64,000 nt of DNA from positions 64,001 to 128,000 of IMG/VR virus record IMGVR_UViG_3300022602_000029. One strand, 5' to 3'. Position 1 is the stretch's first letter. Each line of letters begins with the position of its first letter. Both the position numbers and the translations under genes were made by a program. This document shows positions 30,092 to 39,656 of the stretch, piece after piece. Source of the DNA: a virus. The notes under the pieces were generated by a model. The model was not told the origin of the DNA. It did no database searches and saw only the letters and a list, made by a program, of their open reading frames with translations.

Positions 30092-31541
30092 AGTTATAAT
30101 AAAAGACGAAGTCAATGTTAAGATAGAAAATCTCGATCTCGACACGAGAAAGGCATTGGTCAAGAAATTTAAGTATGAAGACCCCACGGCGAGGTATCGT
30201 CCTGCCTATAAACTAGGACGTTGGGATGGTAGCATACCATTTTTTGGTCTTGGAGGAACCACTTATCTTTCTTTGATCGAACGTGTCCTTGAAGAATTAG
30301 AAAATCGTAACTACTACATAGAGATAGAAGATCTACGAAATAGTCCTACCTTAGAATTTCCTGAAATTTCTGAAGATTTTTGGGGGGATGCTACATGGCC
30401 CAAAGGACACAGATACGAGGGAGAAAAAATAAGATTGAGAGATGACCAAGTTGAAGTCGTGAATATCTTTTTGCGTAATCCTCAAAGCATACAGGAGATA
30501 GCTACCGGTTTTGGTAAGACCATCACCACCGCAACTTTGGCGAAAATTTGTGAAAAATACGGTCGTACGATAACTATCGTTCCTAATAAAAGTTTAGTAG
30601 AACAGACTGAGGAAGATTTTATCAACGTAGGACTAGACGTAGGTGTCTACTACGGAGATAGAAAAAATCTAGATAAGACACACACTATCTGTACTTGGCA
30701 AAGTCTTAATATTTTAGATAAAAACTCAAAAAATGCCTCAGAAAATTCCGAAATTTTAACACTGGCAGAATTGCTTGAAGGAGTGAGATGTGTAATGGTC
30801 GATGAAGTTCATCAGGCCAAGGCAGAAGTTTTAAAAAAACTAATGACTCACAATCTAGCTAATGCTCCTATACGTTGGGGACTTACAGGAACTATTCCAA
30901 AACAGGATTTTGAGGTGGAAACCATCAAAGCAAGTATTGGAGATATCGTAAATCAAGTAAAAGCACACACTCTGCAAGAAAAAGGCGTATTAAGTAACTG
31001 CCACGTAAATGTTATACAAACATCTGAATGGAAAGAATTTGGAAGCTATGCAGAGGAGTTGAAATATCTAGTAACAGATGAAAAACGCATGACCTATATC
31101 ACTAATCTCGTTAAAGAAATTTCTAAAAATGGAAACACGTTGGTATTGGTTGACAGGATAGAATCAGGACGTATAATAACAAGTAATATAGAGGAAAGTG
31201 TATTCATTTCAGGTGAAGTGAAAACTAAAGATCGTAAAGAAGAATATGATGAAGTTAGGACAAGTGATAACAAAATTATTGTGGCGACTTATGGTGTGGC
31301 CGCTGTGGGCATTAATATTCCTCGGATCTTTAACTTGGTTCTTCTTGAACCCGGAAAGAGCTTTGTCCGTGTTATCCAATCTATTGGGCGAGGTATTAGG
31401 AAAGCAGAGGATAAGGACTTCGTACAGATCTGGGACCTTACAGCCGCATCAAAATACGCCAAGAGACATTTAACAGAACGTAAGAAATTCTATAAAGAAG
31501 CACACTATCCTTTTACGATAGAAAAAACAAAATATCAATGA
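30078..31541 (+). CDS. uvsW: SF2 helicase
   Basis: ATGFGKT, VDEVH, GLTGT and QSIGRGIR motifs. Confidence 0.92.
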   Translation: MPTCKVIIKDEVNVKIENLDLDTRKALVKKFKYEDPTARYRPAYKLGRWDGSIPFFGLGGTTYLSLIERVLEELENRNYYIEIEDLRNSPTLEFPEISEDFWGDATWPKGHRYEGEKIRLRDDQVEVVNIFLRNPQSIQEIATGFGKTITTATLAKICEKYGRTITIVPNKSLVEQTEEDFINVGLDVGVYYGDRKNLDKTHTICTWQSLNILDKNSKNASENSEILTLAELLEGVRCVMVDEVHQAKAEVLKKLMTHNLANAPIRWGLTGTIPKQDFEVETIKASIGDIVNQVKAHTLQEKGVLSNCHVNVIQTSEWKEFGSYAEELKYLVTDEKRMTYITNLVKEISKNGNTLVLVDRIESGRIITSNIEESVFISGEVKTKDRKEEYDEVRTSDNKIIVATYGVAAVGINIPRIFNLVLLEPGKSFVRVIQSIGRGIRKAEDKDFVQIWDLTAASKYAKRHLTERKKFYKEAHYPFTIEKTKYQ

Positions 31542-32257
31542 TTTTGTTTTTTAGAATCCCAATATATTTTGCGAGATTCAGACATACGTTTTTTAGTTTC
31601 TTCAGACATCACTCTACCTTTTAATTTTTCAGATACTATTTTTTTCTGGGCATCTGTTTTAGCAGGCATTGTTTTGCCTATCTGATTCTTTGATATCTTT
31701 TTCTTAGTTTCTTCAGAATGTTTATATCCTTTTCGAGATTCTAATATTTTATCAACGGTTGATTGTGCAATCACCTTCCCGGTGTGTGATTTTGATAATT
31801 TTTGTTTTTGCTCTTCGGACATTTCTCTACCTTTATTAGGACTAACTTGTCCTTTACGAGTTTTTGAAATTTTCTTACGAGTTTCTTCTGAAACATTTTT
31901 ACCTTTATGTAATCTAGACATTAATTCTGTAAATTTATTTTTTGCCAATTCATAAAATCTACCTCTGGATATTTTCCTTATCTGTCCTTTATTTTCTACC
32001 CTTAATATCATCCATGCCGCGTACCACATCTTCTTAGTATGTTCTTCAGATACAGTCATTTTAGGAAGTAGCAAGTGACATAGTCTGTGCTCTCTTGCTG
32101 TTAACTTTACTAAATTAGTCAAATCGTTTGACCCACCCAAACTTTTAGGTATAATATGATGATTCTCTGAGTAAATTTCTTTTGATAAATCTCTTGACCT
32201 TGCTCGGTTAATAATGCTATTATAAACATTAGTATACTTGTTCTGTAAATATATCAT
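31535..32257 (-). mobile_element. Free-standing HNH homing endonuclease with NUMOD3 repeats
   Basis: HHIIPKSLGGSN...EH..CH plus four KG..SEETxKKIS-type repeats; own TATAAATA (32278-32285) and GAGGA RBS; antisense to its neighbours. Confidence 0.88.
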
Positions 32258-32296
32258 TTAATAGTTCCTCGTATACTTATTTATAGGAGAATTAAA

Positions 32297-32800
32297 GTTC
32301 AAATACTAACACTAGAAAACAAAACATTTTATCTCAATGATCTACCTGAGGAGATAGAAGAAGACATGAGGTTTGCTGTCTTAGATAACAGTGACGCTTC
32401 TAATCCAGACTACTTCTACATACCTCTAATTTTCCTGGAGAGTTTTACTGGTCCAGCAGTGGTATTAAGGATTGGTAATAGAGAAGTAACAATGCCATTA
32501 GATTGGTGTACCATCGTCGGAGATCCCGAAGGTCCTGACATGGAAGTGTTACCGATCACTAGTCTCAATGACAGAGGATTCAAAACTTTTTGTTTTAATC
32601 CATTAGGTAGTTTTAGACCAGAATTCCATGAGATTGATATCATAAATGTCTATCCAGATGTCAAATGGTATTTTCCTAAGATGAGGCAAGGGCAGTTACT
32701 CTGCACTCCTTTAGAACCGGGCGAGAATCCACTCTGTGCCTATTTCGTGAAAGAAGTCAGCAGACAAAGTGAATTGGTGGACTACACCAAATGCTGGTAA
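32297..32800 (+). CDS. Hypothetical protein; probable true start is upstream of the tracked ATG 32366
   Basis: AGGAGA RBS followed by the in-frame GTT-CAA-ATA-CTA... reading ILTLENKTFYLNDLPEEIEED into MRFAVLD. Confidence 0.6.
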   Translation, partial: VQILTLENKTFYLNDLPEEIEEDMRFAVLDNSDASNPDYFYIPLIFLESFTGPAVVLRIGNREVTMPLDWCTIVGDPEGPDMEVLPITSLNDRGFKTFCFNPLGSFRPEFHEIDIINVYPDVKWYFPKMRQGQLLCTPLEPGENPLCAYFVKEVSRQSELVDYTKCW

Positions 32801-33045
32801 AACACAGCATAGAAATGGTGGTATTCCACTATGATGGTGGCAAACATGGTGCTTGGGCAAAACAAACAGATGGCTCAGGAACGGCGTATGGACACTACAA
32901 TCGCACCGAATGGTGGCCTTGCGAAAATATCTTAGAACCTTTACAATATACTGAAGCATTAGAATTATCAGAGACTGTTCCTGCGCTAAAGATAGCTCTA
33001 GAGCAGGTATCTCTATTGTATAAACTCAGCAAGGAAGAAAAATGA
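32791..33045 (+). CDS. Hypothetical protein
   Basis: C-terminal PALKIALEQVSLLYKLSKE is paralogous to the next gene. Confidence 0.6.
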   Translation: MLVKHSIEMVVFHYDGGKHGAWAKQTDGSGTAYGHYNRTEWWPCENILEPLQYTEALELSETVPALKIALEQVSLLYKLSKEEK

Positions 33046-33263
33046 GCAATGTGATGTACGGTGCTGGTCCTAGTTATGCCAAGGCAGGGCAAGTATTGAC
33101 AGCAGGCGGATGGAAAGATCTATCAGGAATTCCATTGAATGATTATCAACTTTGGAGAGAGATACAAGAAAACGCAGAAAAGACTCCATCACTTAAAATC
33201 GCATTACAAAATCTAATCAATCTACACAACTTAACTAAAGACCATGGCGACAGCGAAACTTGA
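33042..33263 (+). CDS. Hypothetical protein
   Basis: C-terminal PSLKIALQNLINLHNLTKD; ATGA overlap. Confidence 0.65.
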   Translation: MSNVMYGAGPSYAKAGQVLTAGGWKDLSGIPLNDYQLWREIQENAEKTPSLKIALQNLINLHNLTKDHGDSET

Positions 33264-33708
33264 TATCAAACGTGAACTATCAGCGGTAGATAAGAAAAAC
33301 TACGAGTTCTATGACAAGCTAGAGGACGACGAAAAAAAGGCGTTCAGTCCATATATCTTGATGCGATACACTTCAAATGTACAGGGCGATAAAGATACAC
33401 AAGAATGGTTTTTAGAAATGACTAACGAACTGGTCAATAAAAATCACTGGACGTTGAGCAAAGATCATAAGCCATTGTTATGGAAACTATTCGCAGGAGT
33501 AGGCACCGGCGTAACAGCATTCCACCCATATCTAGCAGGTGGCAAAAAAGAAAAAGCAGTCAAGATAGAAAAACTATTGGCAGAATTATATCCAGCTAAG
33601 AAGATGGAAGACATTAAACTATTAGCTAGTTTAATGTCTAAGGAGGACAAGGAAGAATTATTCGATAAGATGGGGTTTGACAAGAAACAACGGAAGGAAT
33701 ATGAGTGA
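33244..33708 (+). CDS. Hypothetical protein of the replication module
   Basis: 154-aa ORF in the operon. Confidence 0.7.
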   Translation: MATAKLDIKRELSAVDKKNYEFYDKLEDDEKKAFSPYILMRYTSNVQGDKDTQEWFLEMTNELVNKNHWTLSKDHKPLLWKLFAGVGTGVTAFHPYLAGGKKEKAVKIEKLLAELYPAKKMEDIKLLASLMSKEDKEELFDKMGFDKKQRKEYE

Positions 33709-34400
33709 TAGCATTGGTTAATCAACCACACAACTGTGTTCACTGCGGCAAGAGTTTTATGCAGGAAAAAACTCTCTATGCTCACATGTGCGAAAATAAA
33801 AGAAGGGCCATGCAGAAAGATGAAAAACGAGTCCAGGCCGGTTATATGGCGTTTAATAGATTTTTTAGGCTCACTCAAAACGCAAAGAAAGATAAGACCT
33901 ATGAAGATTTTTGCAAGAGTCCTTATTATAATGCTTTTGTTAAATTTGGTAGTTTTGTTACTAATGTAAATCCGTTATACGCAGACAAGTTTATAGACTA
34001 TGTGATCAAGAGCGGAGTCAAACTAGATCATTGGGCGAGAGATGATTTATATGATACATATCTCTATGAGACTATTAAAACTGAACCAGTCGAAAGTGCT
34101 ATACAACGCAGTCTACAACATATGATGGAATGGGGAGATACTAGCGGAGCACAATTCAATCATTATTTTAACTATGTCAATCTCAATCGCGCTGTACAGG
34201 ATATACGGGGTGGCAAGATCACTCCCTGGCTGATATTAAACTGTCGATCAGGCAAAGAACTTTTAAATAAGTTTAACGATGAGCAGTTAGATATCATAGC
34301 ACCTGCTTTGGATCTACCCTACTGGTTAAAGAAGTTCAAACAGGTGCCTGCTGATGTCATATTGGTCAAAGAGATTTGCCAAGGAGCGGGAATAGAATGA
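33705..34400 (+). CDS. Hypothetical protein with an N-terminal C2H2-like Zn finger
   Basis: CVHCGKSF...YAHMC; GTG start in a GTGA overlap. Confidence 0.65.
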   Translation: MIALVNQPHNCVHCGKSFMQEKTLYAHMCENKRRAMQKDEKRVQAGYMAFNRFFRLTQNAKKDKTYEDFCKSPYYNAFVKFGSFVTNVNPLYADKFIDYVIKSGVKLDHWARDDLYDTYLYETIKTEPVESAIQRSLQHMMEWGDTSGAQFNHYFNYVNLNRAVQDIRGGKITPWLILNCRSGKELLNKFNDEQLDIIAPALDLPYWLKKFKQVPADVILVKEICQGAGIE

Positions 34401-34798
34401 CTGAACAAGAAAAAGAAATATTAGAGCAGTGGACTGCGAGGCACAATGTCGCGATTCTAGATACTAATAAACGTGTATCGAGATATATGAGGTTACAGCC
34501 TAGATACTTCACAGATGATATCGACTACAATTACATAGATCAAAATCATATCCAACATCAAACTGAAACCCTATATACAGTAACCATACCAGAGAGCAGT
34601 CTACATCGTATCGCTGAATTTGAACAGCGTGTGTTCAACCGCATGATAAAAGATGGCAGTTACAATCTGTTTGAAATCATGATGGGACAGAAGGAGCGTG
34701 AGAAATATCTCGCTGAAAAATATCCAGCGGTCAAGAAAGCACAAGAACAATATAGCATGATACTTAAACTAGCAGAAAGCGGAGAACTCAGTGCCTGA
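34397..34798 (+). CDS. Hypothetical protein
   Basis: Start set at the ATGA overlap at 34397. Confidence 0.65.
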   Translation: MTEQEKEILEQWTARHNVAILDTNKRVSRYMRLQPRYFTDDIDYNYIDQNHIQHQTETLYTVTIPESSLHRIAEFEQRVFNRMIKDGSYNLFEIMMGQKEREKYLAEKYPAVKKAQEQYSMILKLAESGELSA

Positions 34799-35369
34799 TA
34801 TCGATATAGATTTTGCGGATAGGAATAAAGTGCTCGACATCATCAAACATATTCCTGCTTCTCTCGACGGAGCCAAGAAACACAACACAGGCGTCTACTG
34901 CCAAAGTATTCCTATTAATCCGTTAACAGGACAGGCTAACATAAACTACAAAGAAGCAGAAGAAAGAGGTTATTTCAAGATCGATTTCTTAAATGTTAGT
35001 GCCTATGAAGGTATCAAAAATGAAGAACATATCAAAGAATTATTATCTATAGAACCTCTTTGGGATTTGATGTATGAGAAAGAAGTTTGTGATCAACTAT
35101 TCCACGTCAACGGCTATCATGTTCTATTAGCCAGGCTTAGACCCAAGACTATATTAGATCTAGCAACAGTGCTGGCACTCATAAGACCGGGCAAACGTCA
35201 CTTGATAGATCAGTGTGCCCAGGATGGATTCGATAGCATACAAGAGGAAGTGTGGTCCCAAACTGACGAAGGGTATAGTTTTAAAAAGAGTCATGCTGTA
35301 GGCTATGCCCACGTGATTGCTATGCAGTTAAATTTGATTTGCGAGCGTGTCAGTTACGGGTTTTCTTAG
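34791..35369 (+). CDS. Miniature DNA polymerase III alpha (DnaE)-like protein, palm/finger core only
   Basis: PDIDIDF, HNTGVY, FKIDFL, ALIRPG and GYSFKKSHAVGYA match DnaE motifs in order within 192 aa. Confidence 0.8.
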   Translation: MPDIDIDFADRNKVLDIIKHIPASLDGAKKHNTGVYCQSIPINPLTGQANINYKEAEERGYFKIDFLNVSAYEGIKNEEHIKELLSIEPLWDLMYEKEVCDQLFHVNGYHVLLARLRPKTILDLATVLALIRPGKRHLIDQCAQDGFDSIQEEVWSQTDEGYSFKKSHAVGYAHVIAMQLNLICERVSYGFS

Positions 35370-35733
35370 AAGACCTTACTAGTTGTATCGATCTTCGTTT
35401 TATGCGTTTTTCGGCTATATCGCCGAGATTTACAGTGGGTCCAAAAATTATTTCTATATCTTTGCTATTGAATGTTTTGATGTAGGGCCTATAAGAGATC
35501 AACATATCTTTTAAGAAAATATTGATAGGGATCTTGCGATTTGATTCCCACCACCAAGTTTCTCCAAGTTCTAGAAATACCTGCTTTTCTTCATCAGATT
35601 TCATGCACTCAAGGTCGTAGATGCTGGTCACGAATTCATCATAGTTGATGATTATACCGACATATTCTATTTCATTTGACTTAATGCACGTAATAAATGG
35701 GAGTTTGTCCTGTATGGTGTTCTTGATTGTCAT
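35350..35733 (-). CDS. Hypothetical protein
   Basis: 127-aa ORF, divergent from 35753. Confidence 0.7.
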   Translation of the reverse strand: MTIKNTIQDKLPFITCIKSNEIEYVGIIINYDEFVTSIYDLECMKSDEEKQVFLELGETWWWESNRKIPINIFLKDMLISYRPYIKTFNSKDIEIIFGPTVNLGDIAEKRIKRRSIQLVRSSKKTRN

Positions 35734-35752
35734 GAGTTAAAATAAATACTTA

Positions 35753-36610
35753 ATGCTAAAATGCCCAGTCTATTTATACCCCAATTCATTTACCATAATA
35801 TTGGATTTGGACCTGAACACGAGGATTTACAATAATATGTACCAACGAGAAATACAACTGCAAAAGGGTCTGAAAAACACCATTCAGTTCCAGTTTAAAA
35901 ACAGTGATCAAAAGTTTGTTAACATATCCACTGGTACATTCGTTTTTAATATGTTTGATGCTATAAATCAAAGGCAACTGGTTTCTAGGGTATTAGATGT
36001 AGTAGATGACGGCGTAACAACCTCTACTAGAGGACTAGCTACTCTAACAATATACGACGGAGATACTGTAGATCTAGACAATGGAAAATATCAGTTTTCA
36101 GTATCTGCTTACGATAGCGATGGTAGTTACGAGCCCACTTATGCCAATACCTATTATGCTATGGCAGGTACTCTCGAGCTACGTAGCGACGGATATCCTA
36201 CACTTCAACAGAGCTATGAAGTATTTGATTTCCAACCAGAGTTCGATTACACACAGAGCCTTTATCTCTACTACAGCGGCAATATTCCTAGCCATCCGGA
36301 ATTCGCAGGCAACACGGCCCTCCATACTGTCAGCTATCATATGACTGGGTATCGTGGACAGGTCTGGGTGGAAGGTACCCAAGATAATAGCCCTAACTAT
36401 TTTTCAGGATTTGTAGAGATAGATGGGACAAGAAAAACATACGGTCAAGGTCTAGTTGGTTTTACTGGAAACGACTATCAAAACTTTTATGGGGTATGGA
36501 GTTATATTAGGATAATCTATCAACCGACGCCAAACCCGATCAACATGAGCAACGATTACTTATCTATATCTTATCGCGGTACATTTGACAAAGCTATCTA
36601 TAGATATTAA
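35753..36610 (+). CDS. Hypothetical beta-rich late protein
   Basis: TAAATA 4 nt before the ATG. Confidence 0.65.
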   Translation: MLKCPVYLYPNSFTIILDLDLNTRIYNNMYQREIQLQKGLKNTIQFQFKNSDQKFVNISTGTFVFNMFDAINQRQLVSRVLDVVDDGVTTSTRGLATLTIYDGDTVDLDNGKYQFSVSAYDSDGSYEPTYANTYYAMAGTLELRSDGYPTLQQSYEVFDFQPEFDYTQSLYLYYSGNIPSHPEFAGNTALHTVSYHMTGYRGQVWVEGTQDNSPNYFSGFVEIDGTRKTYGQGLVGFTGNDYQNFYGVWSYIRIIYQPTPNPINMSNDYLSISYRGTFDKAIYRY

Positions 36611-36619
36611 ACTAGTAGC

Positions 36620-37618
36620 ATGAGTCTCATGCTACAGGCACTACAAGCCGTATTACCTCCAAATCGAAAACAAACGCCATCAGGGTGGATTAGTTTTGAT
36701 GCTCCCTGTTGCCATTATAGAGGAGAGACCAAAGACGACCGTAAGCGCGGTGGAGTCATGATTACCGGCGATGCGTTTACCTATCATTGTTTCAACTGTA
36801 ACTTCAAGGCAGGTTGGAGCCCTGGTAAAATACTAAGCAACAACACAAGGAAGTTATTCAGCTGGATGGGTGTTCCAGAAAGCGAGATAACACACTTGGC
36901 CATGGAAGCTGTCAAGGCACAAGACGCCATTCCTAGGTTGAAAAAAGAACTCAGTTTTGAACTCAAAGAAGTAGAGTTACCGGAAGCCGCTATGACCATA
37001 ACAGAGTGGCTCAATACGCCATACCTACCAGACATAGCAGAAGATCTAGGTAAGGTAGTAGACTATGTATTAAGCAGAGGAATGGCCTTAGAATGGTATG
37101 ATTGGATGTGGAGTCCTGCCCCGGGATACATCGATCGCGTGATCATACCGTTCTATCAAGACTATAAGCTAGTAGGATATACCGCACGTAAGATCACAGA
37201 TGGCAAGCCTAGATATCTGGCGCATAGCCAACCTGGATATGTGTTCAATCTCACAAGGCAACCGCTAGGAAGAAAGTATACTGTAGTAGTAGAAGGACAC
37301 TTTGATGCTATCGCTATAGACGGAGTATGTATAGGACACAATGATCCAAATGAAACACAGATAGCCCGCATCAATACATTGAATAAAGAAATCATCGTAG
37401 TGCCAGACAGAGATCGAGCTGGATCTAAGATGCTAAAATCGGCGGTAGATAACGGATGGAGCGCCAGCCTTCCACCTTGGGGAGATGACGTAAAGGATGT
37501 AGCTGACGCAGTGAAGAAATATGGTAGACTATATGTCTTAGCCACTATCCTACACTACAGGACAGACAACAAGCTAAAAATACAAGTAATGAAAAAGAAA
37601 CTAGAAGGAATGGGATGA
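36620..37618 (+). CDS. gp61: DNA primase (T4 gp61-like)
   Basis: Zn finger (APCC...YHCFNC); TOPRIM VVEGHFDA and PDRD; KDVAD. Confidence 0.9.
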   Translation: MSLMLQALQAVLPPNRKQTPSGWISFDAPCCHYRGETKDDRKRGGVMITGDAFTYHCFNCNFKAGWSPGKILSNNTRKLFSWMGVPESEITHLAMEAVKAQDAIPRLKKELSFELKEVELPEAAMTITEWLNTPYLPDIAEDLGKVVDYVLSRGMALEWYDWMWSPAPGYIDRVIIPFYQDYKLVGYTARKITDGKPRYLAHSQPGYVFNLTRQPLGRKYTVVVEGHFDAIAIDGVCIGHNDPNETQIARINTLNKEIIVVPDRDRAGSKMLKSAVDNGWSASLPPWGDDVKDVADAVKKYGRLYVLATILHYRTDNKLKIQVMKKKLEGMG

Positions 37619-39066
37619 TAAAACAAGACAAAGAAAAACCTAACTATGATTATGAGATACAGAAACTATACCTGGAAATGTTTCTCAGCGATGCTGAAAC
37701 TTTTAGCCGTTGCCAGAGCATATTCGACCCTGAAAATTTCGACCAAAAACTGAGAGAGACAGCGGAGTTTATCACACGGTATGTAGACGAATATAAAGTG
37801 ATTCCAGACGTTACTATCGTCAACGCCAGCTGTAAAAGAGAACTACAGACAGTGAGCTTACCACAACAAAACTATGAATGGCTCAAGGACGAATTTGAAC
37901 AATTTTCTCGACACAAGGCCCTAGAACGTGCTATCATGAAGAGTTTTGATCTGTTAGAAAACGGCGAGTACGGCCCGGTGGAAAAGCTGGTCAAAGACGC
38001 TATACAGGTCAGTTTGACCAAAGATATGGGTACAGATTACTTTGAAGATCCCAAGGCTAGGCTGACGGCACTGAAAGACGGAAATGGTCAAATTTCCACC
38101 GGTTGGCCCAGCATAGACAAGAAATTATACGGTGGCTTCAATCGCGGAGAATTGAATATTTTCTGCGCTGGATCAGGAGGCGGTAAGAGCTTGTTCCTAG
38201 CCAACATGGGCGTAAACTGGGCTCTACAGGGCTTGAATGTGCTTTACTTAACTTTTGAATTGAGCGAAAAATTAGTGGCCATGAGGCTGGATTCTATGGT
38301 CACCGGCATCACTACACGTGAGATTTTCAAAAGCATAGATGATGTAGAATTAAAGGTTAAAATGGTGGGAAAACAGGCGGGAAGCATACAGATCAAGTAT
38401 ATGCCCTCAGGAAAAAATTGTAACGATATTCGGTCGTATTTGAAGGAATATCAGGTCAAAAAAGGCCTAAAACCTGACGTAATTTTAATAGATTACCTGG
38501 ATTTAATGATGCCACTAAATGTGAAGGTATCGCCCAGTGATCTGTTTGTTAAAGACAAATATGTGTCAGAAGAGATAAGAAACTTGGCCATGGAAACCCA
38601 GTGCATCACGGTAACCGCTAGCCAGTTAAACAGGGCCGCAGTTGAAGAAATCGAGTTTGATCACAGCCATATTTCCGGTGGATTATCAAAGATCATGACA
38701 GCGGATAATGTCATCGGTATCTTTACCAGCCGTGCCATGCGTGAGCGGGGACGCTATCAGATACAGTTCATGAAGACCAGATCCAGCAGTGGTGTTGGAC
38801 AGAAGGTCGATCTAGAGTTCAATGTAGAAACCCTGCGCATATCAGACCTAGGAGAAGAAGGTGATGCTCCAAATCAATCACAGGGAGCCAGCCGTGCGCC
38901 ATCTAGCGTCTATGCGGGATTGAAGCGTACCAGTACCGTCGGCACAGATCCTGAAACTGGAGAAGTAGATCCCACGCAGGGTGCCAACGCACCCAAGATA
39001 CGTGCTGAAGCGGGCAGTGCCGCTATACGCAAGATGTTGGCATCGCTCAACAACGAGCGTGATTAG
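37615..39066 (+). CDS. gp41: Replicative DnaB-like helicase (T4 gp41-like)
   Basis: AGSGGGKS, IDYLD, TASQLNR and KTR motifs. Confidence 0.93.
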   Translation: MIKQDKEKPNYDYEIQKLYLEMFLSDAETFSRCQSIFDPENFDQKLRETAEFITRYVDEYKVIPDVTIVNASCKRELQTVSLPQQNYEWLKDEFEQFSRHKALERAIMKSFDLLENGEYGPVEKLVKDAIQVSLTKDMGTDYFEDPKARLTALKDGNGQISTGWPSIDKKLYGGFNRGELNIFCAGSGGGKSLFLANMGVNWALQGLNVLYLTFELSEKLVAMRLDSMVTGITTREIFKSIDDVELKVKMVGKQAGSIQIKYMPSGKNCNDIRSYLKEYQVKKGLKPDVILIDYLDLMMPLNVKVSPSDLFVKDKYVSEEIRNLAMETQCITVTASQLNRAAVEEIEFDHSHISGGLSKIMTADNVIGIFTSRAMRERGRYQIQFMKTRSSSGVGQKVDLEFNVETLRISDLGEEGDAPNQSQGASRAPSSVYAGLKRTSTVGTDPETGEVDPTQGANAPKIRAEAGSAAIRKMLASLNNERD

Positions 39067-39629
39067 AACCAGCTGGCTATTTCTTTGCGGCCCGCTAGCT
39101 CTATGCCATTGAGCCACTGCTGATCGCCCGAGCCACCGAATACCGTGTTGACTTCAGCGGGCACCGTGAGCCATCTATGCCCATCGCTCCAGGGATGCTC
39201 TCCGCTCATCTCACCTTCTAGCTCTCCAGGGCCTAGGATGCGCTGGCCCACTACGCAACGCCAGGCCCTAGGACCCTCGTTGGTGGCTATGGCGGCCAAT
39301 ATGCTGGTCTCGTTGGTGATACCGATCTCGTCCGTGATCTGGCGTGTGTTGGCCACGGCCCAATCCATCGTGTGCACGATCTGCACACGGTTCTGTTCCA
39401 TGGGCCCGCCGTAGTAGGCCAAGCCCTTCCATTCGCTGCACTGTATGCCCGCGTTTTCCAGCACAGCCGTGACCGGTACTTGGTTCTGGCTGGGCTTGTT
39501 GATGACCACCATGCTGGAGCCCGCATCCCAGTGGCTAGTTACCAGGATCAGGCTCCTGTGGTAGTCAGTGTGATAGGTATTGGGTATAGCTACTAGTAGC
39601 TGTCCCACTAGATTCTTGCCTGTCTTCAT
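39063..39629 (-). CDS. YqgE/AlgH (UPF0301)-like protein
   Basis: LVGQLLVAIP, VVINKP, YYGGPM and GELEGE...WLTVPA pattern. Confidence 0.75.
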   Translation of the reverse strand: MKTGKNLVGQLLVAIPNTYHTDYHRSLILVTSHWDAGSSMVVINKPSQNQVPVTAVLENAGIQCSEWKGLAYYGGPMEQNRVQIVHTMDWAVANTRQITDEIGITNETSILAAIATNEGPRAWRCVVGQRILGPGELEGEMSGEHPWSDGHRWLTVPAEVNTVFGGSGDQQWLNGIELAGRKEIASWF

Positions 39630-39656
39630 AACAGTATTTATAGGTTAAATACTCTC

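Noticed and set aside
21873-39066. Inteins or introns in terL, uvsX, uvsW, primase or helicase
   Set aside because: Lengths are normal, motifs are contiguous and no splice motifs are visible. The endonuclease at 31535 is free-standing.
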